A stretch of DNA of 64,000 nucleotides from Vitrella brassicaformis CCMP3155 (taxonomy: Eukaryota; Protista; Chromerida), in assembly GCA_001179505.1 (NCBI GenBank), contig CDMY01000964.1, positions 1 through 64,000 of the forward strand, written 5' to 3'. Made by a program: the position numbers and the translations under genes. The notes under the pieces were generated by a model. It was not told the DNA's origin. It did no database searches and saw nothing but the letters and a program-made list of their open reading frames with translations. This document shows, piece by piece, positions 25,836-38,269 of the stretch (within the stretch, counting starts at the first letter, position 1; the number at the start of each line of letters is the position of its first letter).

Positions 25836-27581
25836 ATGGCTGATGTGGACGCTGAGGACAAGCCTCAGAGGCCCTCGGCTTCTGCTGACAAGGAGAGGAG
25901 TGAGCTCCCGAGAGAGGCAACACTCCTAGCCCCCATGCTGCCCCCGACGTCCCCTCTGTGCCACGTGTGTCTGTGTGTGTGTTTGTCAGAGGAGAAGTCG
26001 TCAAGCAAGAAGGTCGCAACGTCTGCCACCGATTTGAAGAAGATCATTGGGGGGCGGAACCTCAAGTTTGAGGACTTCGACCTCAGGGCCACAGTCGGTA
26101 GGTGTCCACACGCACACACTCACACACACGCATTGCGTCCATCCATCTATAATCCATCCATTCATGAGACTCCCTCCGTGTGTGTCTGTCTGTGTGTATT
26201 GGATCGGCTGTCTGTTGTGTGCTGTGTGTGATCCATATGTTTGGTTGATGTTTGTTGTCCATCCAAAGGTACTGGTACGTTTGGTCGTGTCCGCGTGGTG
26301 AAGTTCAAGGGCAACCCTGACCGCACGCCGATGGCGCTCAAGATCCTCAAGAAGAGCGAGGTCATCCGACTCAAGCAGGTGGAGCACGTCAAGGCCGAGA
26401 AACAGATCCTCACCATGATCGAACACCCATTCATCGTGAACCTGTGAGTGAGCGATGGCAGCCAGCCGCTGTGAATGCATACCGACCGGCACACAACTCA
26501 GGCCAGGCCAGCGACTGTTTGTTGGTTTGTTGTGTGTCTATCAGTCTGTCGACATTTCAAGACGATAAGCGTCTGTTTATGTTGATGGAGTATATCAACG
26601 GAGGAGAGCTCTTCAGCTATCTGCGGTCAGTCAGTCAGTCAGTCAGTCAGTTAGTCCCGTCAGAGCTCATCACGTCGTCTTCTGGTGGATGGATGGTTGT
26701 TTCGGCTTGTTCGTTGGTTGCAGCAAAGAGGGCCGGCTGCCCAACGACCACGCCAAGTTCTATGGCGCAGAGATCATCCTCGCCTTCCAATACCTGCACA
26801 GTCAGTACACACACACACAGACACAGACACACTCTCTCACACACAGACGGCCAGCCAGCCACCATAGTTCCCTCCCTCCCTCCCTGTGTGTCCGTCCCAC
26901 CCATCCATGTGCCGTCCGTGTCTATCCTATTTGTTTAGGTATGAACATCGTGTACAGGGACTTGAAGCCGGAGAATCTGTTGATTGACAGCGGCGGGCAC
27001 ATCAAGATCACCGACTTCGGGTTCGCCAAGGTGGTCGAGGACCGCACGTGGACACTCTGCGGCACCCCCGAGTACCTCGCGCCAGAGATCATCCAGTCAA
27101 AGGGGCACGGCAAGAGCGTCGACTGGTGGGCACTCGGAATCCTCCTCTTCGAAATGCTCGCGGGGTGAGAGGAGAGGGGGAGGGAGGCGGGGAGGGGGAG
27201 GGGCCATGGAGAAGGAGGAGGGCATGTTTGTGTTGTGTGGGGTTGTGTGTGTGTGTGTCTCAGGTATCCTCCGTTCTACGACGAGAACCCCTTTGGTATC
27301 TACCAGAAGGTGCTGGCCGGGAGAATCGAGTTCCCCAGACACTTCGATGTCAAGGCAAAGGTCACACACATCACACACACATCACACACACCCCCCAACA
27401 CTGTCCTGTCTATCTGTCTGTCTGTATGTATTTCCTCCCATGTGTGCGACCGTCACTGTCTGTCTGCCCATGCAGGATTTGATCAAGCGTCTGCTGACTC
27501 ACGACCGCACCAAGCGGTACGGCTGCCTCAAAAACGGCGCCGAAGACATCAAACGACACAAATGGTACGCATTAGCTACGG

Positions 27582-27612
<31 letters not shown>

Positions 27613-27936
27613 TCCACATGCGCACCGGACGGCATTCTCTGGGTGTGCGTCTGCGTGTACCTGCAGGTACAAGGGGACCGATTGGGACGTGGTGTTTGCG
27701 CGTGGTCTCCCCCCTCCCTTCACCCCGACCATCAAGGCACCCGACGACACCAGCCTCTTCGACAAATACCCAGAATCAACCGAAGGTACGCATGACAACC
27801 AAGTCTCGTCTCGCCGGAAGTGTGGATGACCGCTTGGTTGGTCGTTTGTCTGTCGCTCCTCCCATGTGCACTGACTGCAGCGTCTGCGCCATCGATATCG
27901 CCAAAGGACCAGTCGGCCTTCTTCGACGATTTCTGA
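25836..27936 (+). CDS. PKAc: cAMP-dependent protein kinase catalytic subunit
   Basis: [77 protein letters not shown]-terminal FDDF*. Confidence 0.98.
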
Positions 27937-29158
27937 GACACACACAGATTCATACGAACCAGTGATCAGTGGACAGGTCGGTCAGCACAGATGAGACAGA
28001 CACGACTGACTGGATGGCTTCTTCGCTCATATGGTGCGCGCTCTGTTGTGCTGTTGTGCTGTGCTGTGCTGTGCTGTGTGGTCGGTCCATCCCGCCGTAT
28101 GTCGATTGACCAGGTGCTGTGTGCTCAATGAAATGAATGGTGGGCTCTTGTGGTCTGTCTGGCCGACTGTCTGTCTGTCTGCTGTCTGGCCGGCGGGAGT
28201 TTTGCTTTCATGCTCTCGCTGTGCGTGATTGCTAGTTTCTGTCTGGTGGGAATACCTATCCATCTCTCTCTATGAGTCAGTCAGTCAGCGTGTGAGTGAA
28301 TCGCTCCCATCCGTTGGGTATGACTGGATGGACTGACTGACCGGTCTCTCTGTCTGCCTGCTTGCCTGTCCGTCCGTCTGTCTGCCAGGGGACAAATGTT
28401 CATTGTGTGTGTGTGTGTGTGTGTGTACCTCACTCACTGATGGATGACGACCAAGACCGGTGAATGGGTGGTGGTTGGTGTGGTTGGTGTCTCTCTCTCT
28501 ACTCTACGCTGAATAAATGCTCTTACTACTACTCTCTCGCTGTGGACGGCTGGGGTGGGTGAGCCGCAGCTCATCTGTCTGACTTGCAGCCAGGAATGGC
28601 GATGGATAACCTGGCTGGCTGACATGACACCTCATTGATGGCTGTGTTGAGCTTTCCTCTCTGTGTGGATGCGATGCGTGTGTGGAATAGGTAGCATGTG
28701 AGTGTGTTGGTTGGCCGCACAGGTGCGCACAGGTCAGGTTGTGTAGATCAGACAGACAGACTGGCAGCTTGCTGGCAGACAGACAGACAGACAGACACAC
28801 AGACAATGGTACTACTCGACTCGACTGGTCCTGCCTGACTTGTTTGGTTAGGTTAGATTTGGTTTGGTTTGGTAAGTGTACAGCAGCTGCTGCTTTGTTT
28901 GTTTGTTTGTTTGTTTGTTGATGCATCCGGCCGGCCATATGGTAACTGACTGACCGACAGGTAGGGGTGTGTGTGTGTGTGTGTGTGCAGCGAAAGAACC
29001 AACCTTCCATCACTATCCATCCATCCAGCTATACAAGCCATTCCTTCATTCATTTCATGTCGGTCAGCACCCACTGGCTGCATGCCATGCAGCTCAGGAG
29101 AATGGATGCACTGACTGCATGTGGACAGTTGGCTACGCACACAGGCACGGCACGTTGC

Positions 29159-31877
29159 TCAATAGTCGTCGTCGTATCTGTGCCTCTCCCCACTGCGCTT
29201 CTGCTTGGACTTGGACCGACGGCGGTCTTCCCTGCACACATCCATCCATCCATCCAGCAACACAGACACACACACACATCAACACAGCCCCCCGCCTCCC
29301 AACCGCCCCTCCATAACCTCACCGGTCGCGATCGTCGTCGTCGTCATAATCCCTCCGCCTGTCCCTGTCCCTGTCCCTCTCCCTCTCCCTGTCTCGCCTT
29401 TTGTCGTACTCGTCCTCGTCGTCATCGTAGCGGCGGTGGTCCCTCTTGCGGTCACGGTCACGGTCACGATCGTAGTCACGATAGTGAGACCTGAAATGCA
29501 ATGACAGATGACAGATGGCGCATTTCAGACGCACACGTGTGGTATACCTGGCTGACCTCTTCCTGTCTCTGTCGCGGTCTCGGTCCCTGTCTCTGTGTCG
29601 GTCCCGGGACCGCCGGTCGTCGTCGTTGTCGTCGTATGAACGGGAGCTGCGTAAATGGAAATGGACGGATGGATGGATGCGACACGGATCCATCTACGGC
29701 ATGGCATGCTGTGCACGTGTGTGTTCGTCCATGCCAGGTGGCATACATACCGATCGCGTCGCCTCTCACGGTCCTTGGAGCGCCTGACACAACAGAGATA
29801 CAGACAAACAGATACACGCGCGTGTGCTGTGTCGTGTTGTGTTGTGGTATGAGCAGAGGTGGGGCGGGTGCACAAACATGCTGGCATACAGACATACCTC
29901 CTGTCCCTGTCCTTCTCTCGGTCTCGGTCTCGGTCTCTGTCTCGGTACCGATCGTCGTCGTAGCCACGGTCTCTTTCCCTCTCCCTCTCCTTGTCCCTGC
30001 ACACACATGACGTCACATGCACACACATGCAGTCAGTCGTTCGTGTCTTGCCCATCCATCTGTGGAGATCGCCCACTTGCTCCGGTGTCTCTCCTTCTCC
30101 TTCCGATCGCCATCTGCCGAATGAAAGATTTGAACGGGCATGCACTCGTGTGGCGTGGCGTGGTGTGGTGTAGCGCTCTGTCTGCTGTGAGCTGCGTGCG
30201 TACTGATGGCCTCGCCCTTCTTGCCGCCGCCCTCGCCCTCTCTCTCCTCACCCCTGTCCCTCTCCCTGTCCCTCTCCCTGTCCCCCTCCGACGCCCTCTT
30301 GGCCTCATCGCCATTCACACCGTCCTTCTTGCGCTCCTGATATGTATGACACCCACACGCGCGACGGGGTTACGGCACGGCACTCTATCGGTGCTTTACC
30401 TCCTGCCTCTTGCGTATCTCAGCAAGGTATGCGCGAATCTTCTCGTAGCCCATGTGCTGCTTGCCCGTCACGTGGCTCTCGAAACGCGACATCGAATCAG
30501 CTGCATGGCAGTCGCCCACAGTGACAGTGTGTGTGGGGGGGAGGGGGTTAGTCGGGTGGTCTCACCGAGTGACTGCATCGCCCCGCAGACATTGCACACC
30601 TGAAAAACAGACCGACACGAACAAGGATGTGCGTGTGTGCGTGTCGGTGGACGAGATGACCATGCCGCCTCACACAGACATACCCTACCCTGAGTTGTGT
30701 CTCCTTGCGGATGTACGAGTCGAAGGGCGTGGCTTTGATGCGTTCGATCTCGTCCTTGTAGGTGGCGATCTCCTGGTGGAACAACGCGCACTCGCTGATG
30801 CGACCCTGTGGACACACACACACACACACATACACATACAAACGGCTAGATACTGATTCCGTCCATCCATCCATCCATCCATCCATCCATGTGTGGGTGA
30901 GTTTTAATTTGCCTCCTCAGCGAGCTCCTCGGCCTTCTTGAGTCGGTCGCTGATGCGCGCCTGCACGCATTCCCCACACCCCACACACAGGCACACACGT
31001 ACACCACTTTCGCCCCCCTGTGGTGTGATGGGATGGGGACCTCTAGCTCGTTCACGCGCTGCTGCTTGTCTTCGGGAAGAGTGGCCTCCTGTGTCGTTCG
31101 TGTATTGTGGACACACACACACACGTGAGGTGGCGCATCTGTCGTAAGGTACACACACACGTGCGCACCGGTATTGGGGCGACAATCCGCTGGTTGCCCT
31201 TCTTGATCTTGGCTTCGACCTGGTCGACCAGCTCCTGCAGCACCTTGGCAAAGTCCTCCTCATACTGAGCCTGCATGCCGCTCACACACATGGTGCCGTG
31301 TGTCTGTGTGTGTCTGTGTGTCACAGTCAGTCACCTGCAGTGCGTCGTGCTCAGGGTCCGCCAGGAACGCCTCCCGCAGCGCATCAGAGTGGATGTTTGG
31401 ACACCTGCCCAGCCATCCAGCCATCCAGCCATCCATCCATCCACACAAGCGAGAAGGTGCCAACCTGTGAGTGCAGTGCAGTGCTTACGGCCCGAGGTCG
31501 CTCTTGGTGTTGGGAAAGAGCTCATGCGGGCAGAAGTCGAGCAGGTACCACTTGCACACCTACTCTCACACACACGCAGGCACGGACACACTGACTGACG
31601 CGCTGTCTGCGTCTGCTCTGGACGTGCGCGCACGCACTTCCGGGTCTCTGAAGGAAGATCTCTTCTTCTTTCGCTCGTTGATGCTCGCGTTGCGGTCCTT
31701 CCCCATCAGGGAATCCAACATCGCTACAGACAGACACCCACACGCACAGAACAGACACATCAACAGACACACAACACACGGACAACAGACAGACAGATCC
31801 AGGCAGGCAAGCATGGCATGTCTCGTTCTACACACACGTGCATCGCGCGATCTTCGCCCACCTCGCATCTCGTCCAT
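29159..31877 (-). CDS. LUC7: LUC7-like U1 snRNP-associated splicing factor with RD/RS-rich tail
   Basis: MDEMRAMLDSLMGKDRN; ZnF1 VCKWYLLDFCPHELFPNTKSDLGPCPNIH; ZnF2 VCNVCGA..SHVTGKQHMGY; Arg-Asp repeats; last exon EDRRRSKSKQKRSGERHRYDDDY*. Confidence 0.95.
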
Positions 31878-32057
31878 GGCGGCAGGCGGCGGACACTCGG
31901 ATGTGCCCGGACGGCGACTGATTCAGAACAAATCACCCAGTTTGACAGTGGTGTTCGCTAGATGAAAGGTTCTCTTCAGCAGCACGAACAAATCCTTCAC
32001 CACGAGGGCGGAGGCAGGCCCTCTCCCCGGCGAGCTTTTCTATTCTGCTTTGGGGAG

Positions 32058-32096
32058 TAGGGTTTGGGGTGTAGGGTTTGTTGTCAAAACCCTAAA
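32058..32096. promoter_or_regulatory. Telomere-repeat-like (telo-box-like) motif cluster upstream of LUC7
   Basis: TAGGGTTT at 32058 and 32072, AAAACCCTAAA at 32086; about 180 bp upstream of the LUC7 ATG; function inferred only. Confidence 0.45.
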
Positions 32097-32530
32097 CAGC
32101 AGCTTGAAGCTTTCCTGAGGGGTCGGAGTCAGTTGGTTGATCAGGGGACCGTTTATGGTCTCATCAACCAGTCAGTCAGTCAGTCCAGACGGGAGGGGAA
32201 ACATAGAAATCGGACACACACGCACACACATACACACAGAGACGGAATGACACAGAGACGGAATGCGATAGACGCGAGATGGGGAGACAGAAAGAGACAG
32301 ACAGAAACCCACCCCCCCGCCTCACCTCCTCTCACCCTCCCCCTCTCACCCGCACCCAAACTAACTCACGGCAGCAAGATAAGAAGAAGGCCTCCCGACT
32401 GACTGACTGGCGGCTGGCTGTTCTGACCTTGTCTGAACCGATCTGATAGATCAGATCCGCAGACACTAACAAATAGGCCGTGCCCCCCACTCCACGAAGG
32501 AATCAATCGCTCACTCACTCACACACACAC

Positions 32531-35500
32531 TCACTGCAGGCCGAACCCCTGAGCGTTCTGGATGGCGATCTTCAGGAACCGCTCCAACTTTTCTGCACAC
32601 ACACACACACACACAGAGATGGACCAGAGAGAGAGAGAGAGAGAGAGAGTGACGAACGCCGCTGCCTGCCGTCGGGATGGTACCTTTGGTGCGGTAGTCC
32701 GGCAGCAGCAGCACGTTGAAGCACGTCATGGCCGTCGGCAGCCTGCACACACACACACACACACACGTGTAGAACACCGCGCCACACACGCCCACCCTTA
32801 CTTGTCTGAGTCCGGCCCGTTCCTCTGGATAACGAAGTTCAGGCTCGCGAGGCCGCGAATCGGCACCCTATCGGAGCCTGTCAACACACACACACGCGCA
32901 CAGACAGACAGACAGACAGCGCGTGTGTCTGTGGTGTGTGAAGGTGTGAGGGTGTGGAGGTACATACCCGTTGCGAATGCGAGGAGCTGCTTCTTGTCGT
33001 CGGTGGAGAGCTGGTGTGCGATCTCCCAGAAGCGCTTGACCGTCGCGCTATCGGGCGTGAACCCATCCTATAACACACGCACACACACACACACACACCA
33101 CACGTGTGTGTGTGCCGATTGGATGGATGGATGGAAGCTAGACCCCGTATCTAGTAGATTTCTCCAGGGCCTGGAAGTCCAGGTCAGTCGAGCCACAGCT
33201 GCATGTGAGCCACACATTCAGGCAGATGAGATGTGTGTGTGTGTGTGTGGTGTGTATGGTTACGCATCTTCACACACATGAGTCTCTCGAGCTCCTCTGG
33301 CGCGAAGAGCTCCAGGATGCGCCCGCCGCACACACGATGGAAACCGCGATGAAACGCCTAAATGCGGGATGGGTGCGCATAGGAGGATACGTGGTCTCTC
33401 GTTGTGTGGGGGTGGGCTACGCTGCCTGCCCGCCTGCCTGCCTGTCTTCCTGCCTGACCGACCGACCTTGAACTGGTCCTCGATGGACTTGTTGAGCAGC
33501 CAGTCCACGTAAAGGTCAACGTACTCCTCCCTGTTGTCAATGGTGACGGCCACGCTGCCCCCGTTGTCTTTGAGCGGCACCTCCACCATCTCGCCCCACC
33601 TCTCCTGTCAACACACACACCCCGCCATGCGCATCACACCACACACACGGATGATAAGAGTACCTGGTAGGTTGAGAAGACGAGCCCGAGTGCTGTGACG
33701 TCATCAGGCTGCGACATCTCCAGCAGCTGCTCCAGCCCCCTGCACACACACACATTCTCACCTCTCCCTCTCTCTCTCTCTCTCTCTGTGGTGGGAGCGT
33801 GTGGCGGCTAACTTGGCAACGTTCGGCATGAACTCTCCCAGGAGTTTGATGGGGTTGTTGTGCATCTGCAGCTGGTGCGCTCTGGGGGAGAGGTTTAGCA
33901 GCAGCAGCTTGTAGTAAACCGCCTACACACACACAAACACAGATGGATGGATGGATGGATGTGTTGTGTCGTCTGTCGTCTGTGTGTGTGTGTGTGTGAG
34001 TGGCTGACCAGTGGGAAGTGTATGTTGAGAATGACGCCGTTGTAGATGGCGAGGCCCAGCACGATGCCCACCAGCTCGAACTGAGACGCACACGCACACA
34101 CACACACACACTTAGTGTCAAGCGCATCCACACAATGACTCACCTGAATGTTCGCCTCGAGTGCGTTGGCGTTGAACCAGAAGAACCTCGTGTCGCTGTC
34201 GTACGAGAACATGCCGTAGTCGGGGTTGAACAACTGGCACACACACACACACACACACGGAGGACAAAGAAAGGGGTCCACTTGATTTAGTGTGTGTGTG
34301 TGTGTGTTTACCTCCTGCACCAGCAGCTGAAAGAACTCCTTGGCCGGGCCGCCCTCATCCACACCCTCCTCGCCGTCAAATATCACCTAGACCAACCACG
34401 CCATAGCCGCACACACAGACAGATGGCACCACGGACGGCACGGCGCATCAACTGACGTCAACCCAACTCAACTCAACTCACCTTGAGCTGCTTCTTGAGG
34501 TCCTCCACACCGCCCGAAGACAGCTGCACCCTCACACACACACATATGGATGCAGGGCAGCGCAGCCGACAGGTGACTCACCGCCCGTAGAGTGTCCTCG
34601 ACCAGGCTGTCCCGCCGCACGCGGAACACTAGGTAGGGCGTCACGGTGCGGCTGTTGTTCATCAGCCCCGCTATCACGGCGTGACGGCGCTCGAAGTTCT
34701 GCTGAATCAGGGCGTCATACTGACAGACACACACACACACACACCTACAACTAGGGAGACAGAGAGAGAAAGGAGGCCGGTCGGGTTACTTTGAGTGCTG
34801 TGGCCTTTGACGCGGCATCGAGGAGGAAGGGGTGGTCCATGAGGCCCAGGTCTAGCTCCTCTCCCTGGATCCACCTACACACACACACACACATCAACAG
34901 ATGGATGGACACACGAGCTCACGGTCCCCCTCTCGCTCTCGCCTACTGCAGGAAGTCATGCTTGATCAGCATGGTAGTGGCGTTGATGGCGTCGTTATTG
35001 AACTCGCGCATCGGCAAACTGCACCCACCATCACGTGTGTGTGTGGATGCTTGTGTGTGTGGGTGCTGGTATGGTGTGTAGCAATACCAGTTGGGCGGCG
35101 TGCGATAGACCGACACACTGGTCGACGACGACTCGTGCGACAAAGACTCCTTCGTACGAGCCTCGTTGGCCGAATACAGCAACTGAATGAACTTGATGGC
35201 GTTCTTGACGAGCTGCCCCGCCACAGCCACGAACCGCTCCGCCTGCTCCGGCTGCCCGTGGTGCCCATCCGTGTGGCCGTCACACGCCTCGATGGTGCGG
35301 ACTGCACCCAGACACACGCACACACACACACATCGACACGTGACACGCACAGGGGGCGTGGGGGAGGGTTTGGTTACTTGTGAGCATCTGCTGGACCATC
35401 TGCAGGGTCCGCTGCAGCCGTGTCAGGGGCATCTTGGACCACCACTGGACGAGGACCTGCTGCTGCGCCTGCTGCAGCTTGAGCACCACGCGAAGGAGGG

Positions 35501-37543
35501 CGTAGAGGGTGTCGAAGTAGGAGTAGTCCTCCAAGGACGGGTGGTCTGCACCACCACAAGCGACGTGTCTGTCACGTCACCCGCACAGATGCCCCNNNNN
35601 NNNNNNNNNNNNNNNNNNNNNNNNNNNNNNNNNNNNNNNNNNNNNNNNNNNNNNNNNNNNNNNNNNNNNNNNNNNNNNNNNNNNNNNNNNNNNNNNNNNN
35701 NNNNNNNNNNNNNNNNNNNNNNNNNNNNNNNNNNNNNNNNNNNNNNNNNNNNNNNNNNNNNNNNNNNNNNNNNNNNNNNNNNNNNNNNNNNNNNNNNNNN
35801 NNNNNNNNNNNNNNNNNNNNNNNNNNNNNNNNNNNNNNNNNNNNNNNNNNNNNNNNNNNNNNNNNNNNNNNNNNNNNNNNNNNNNNNNNNNNNNNCCCCC
35901 CCCCCCCCCCCCCTCTCTCTCTCTCCCTTCGCCGCACACACACAGAGAGTCTACCGACCGAGCAGGATTGGGATGAAGCGGAGCTGCCGGGCATAGAGGA
36001 GACTGCACAGACACACACACACAGGGGAGAGAGAGAGAGAGAGAGACATTTGCAGGTTTCTCTGTGTGTGTGTCTCTCTGGGTAATGTGTGTCTGTGTCT
36101 GTGTGTCAGCCACCGCACTTGCGAACGTTCTTGGTGCTGCTCTCGTTGAGCAGCTCGCCACAGAGCCTCTCCACGTGGGGGATGCTCGTCGTCAACGCCC
36201 TCCCACCTGACCACACACAAACACGCACACACACACATGGACACCAACTGCTCACACCCGTTGGCTTGGTTTGTTTGTGTGGACGCGGTGCGCCTGTGTG
36301 TGCGTGTGTGTGTGTGTTAACCGCTGGCAGTCTGCAAGCGCGAGTAGAACTGATCGACGCGGCCGTAGTCGATCTCTGCAGACACCACACACGGACGGAC
36401 AGGTGCGTGTGTTGCGGCAGGAAACCTCAGTCAGTCGTGCATTGCGGTGCATTGAGGGGTGTGTGTGTGTGTGAGCGCGGTAGCTACCGGGGCTGCGCTC
36501 GTCGATGTCGTGGCCGTCGCTCATGGTCGGGAAAAATGAGACATTCAACGCATAGAAATCGCCAAGAAACGCTGCACACACCGCACCCACAAACCACAAC
36601 CACACCATCTCATCTCATCACGCGCCTGCGCGAATGACCCACTCACTCACACACTCACCTGCCGCCCGCTCGATGGCCTGGTCAGTCAGCTCGCCCCCCT
36701 CCCCCTCAACCACCTCCTCCTCAACACGACACACACTGTCACACACACACACACACACACACACGTGCGAACAATGAATGGCGCGGCTACATCCATTCAA
36801 AGGGCAATGAGATGAGCCCACCTCACCTGCTCTTCTCGCTCTCCCGTCGTTTCTTCTGCACGTCCCCTGACTTGTCAGGGAGCGACTCGGGGTGGGCGGC
36901 CCCGGGCTTGCCTGCAGGCCCGCCGTCCCCCTCCTCCTCGGCCAGCACAGTGCGGGGGTCGTTGAGCGCCTTCAACGCCGCCGCGGCAGCTGCACACAAA
37001 CAACCAGACGCACACACACGGAGGGAGGGAGGGAGGGAGGGAGAAAGATGCGTGTGTGCTGCTTCTGTCTGTCTGTCTGTCTGTCTTTTCAGTGTGGTGT
37101 GGGGGTGTTGGGCCTCGGTGGCGCACCGATGGTGGGGTTGACGTGGATCAGCAGTTGATGCTGGAACTCGGCTTGGAACCGCTGACACACACACACCCAA
37201 CACAAAGCAAGCATCAACAATGGCCAGCCAAAGACACATTGCTTTGCTTGCTTGTGCTGTTTGTTTCCCTCCCTCTCTGCGGAGCTCCCTCTGAGCGCAC
37301 CTGTTGCCATTTTTCTCGTGCAGTCATGCCTGTGAGCGCCTTCTCCCCCTCACCAGCACCTCCAGCACCACTGCTGCGACTGGAGTCACCAGCTTGGTCA
37401 CCGGACACGCCCCCCTCGCCCTCGCCCTTCTGCTGCTCCTGGTCCTGGTCCTTCATCTCAGCATCATCCTGCTGCTTGACAGGTGCATTACCGTCGCTCA
37501 TCGTTGCGTTGTTGTCGTTCTCTGAACCGGGCCCTGGACTCAT
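32531..37543 (-). CDS. HECT-domain E3 ubiquitin ligase (UBE3A/HERC-like C-terminus), about 20 exons, interrupted by an assembly gap
   Basis: [96 protein letters not shown] (catalytic Cys), QGFGLQ*; start at 37543 or 37501. Confidence 0.93.
35596..35895. other. Assembly gap (300 N) inside the HECT gene
   Basis: Run of N flanked by poly-C. Confidence 1.
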
Positions 37544-37632
37544 CCTGACGCGCTTAACGTTCCTTCCTCTGTTTGCGAGCTCGAGCTCATAGGTTGCATG
37601 TCGTGAGCTCGCAATCAGAAAGAAGGGAAGCG

Positions 37633-38236
37633 ATGGAGCCGTGCCCGCCTCTTTTCTCCTTTGTGGCACTTCGCCGGCTCCATCGGCTGGCAGCGCCTGC
37701 TCGCGGCCTGCCCTCCCACGTGCCGCCTGCATTCACCTTGACACACCAACCAAGCAGCAAAGCTGACAGCAGCGATGGCCATGGCGGCAGTCGGAGCACT
37801 GACAGCAGCGGCAGCAGCACCAGCCATAACTCGTTTCCCATTCTTGTGTTGGCGGCGGGTGCGGGTGCTGCAGCCAGTGGAGTGTGTGGTCAATGGTTTG
37901 TGGGAGGTGATGGTGGTGATTGGCGGCAGAGGCAGAGGCAGGGGTTTGTGTTTGCTGGTCATCACAATCAACAACGGTCCCGTGTTGCTCTGTGTGAGGG
38001 GGAGAGGGGGAGGGGGAAGGCGCTCGGGGATGTCAGAGGTACGAATGGGAATGGACGACTCACAGACAGACAGCCAGGTGGATGTGTTGTGTGTGTATCT
38101 TAGATGAGTTGAATGAGTACTGTCGCTCGTTGGCCATCCCTGCGCCGCAGTGGCCAGAGTTCTACCAGAGGGGAGGTACGCCTGAGTGAATGCCTGAGTA
38201 CGGTGCCGCACCACAGCCACAAACCCGTCACCCTTG

Positions 38237-38269
<33 letters not shown>

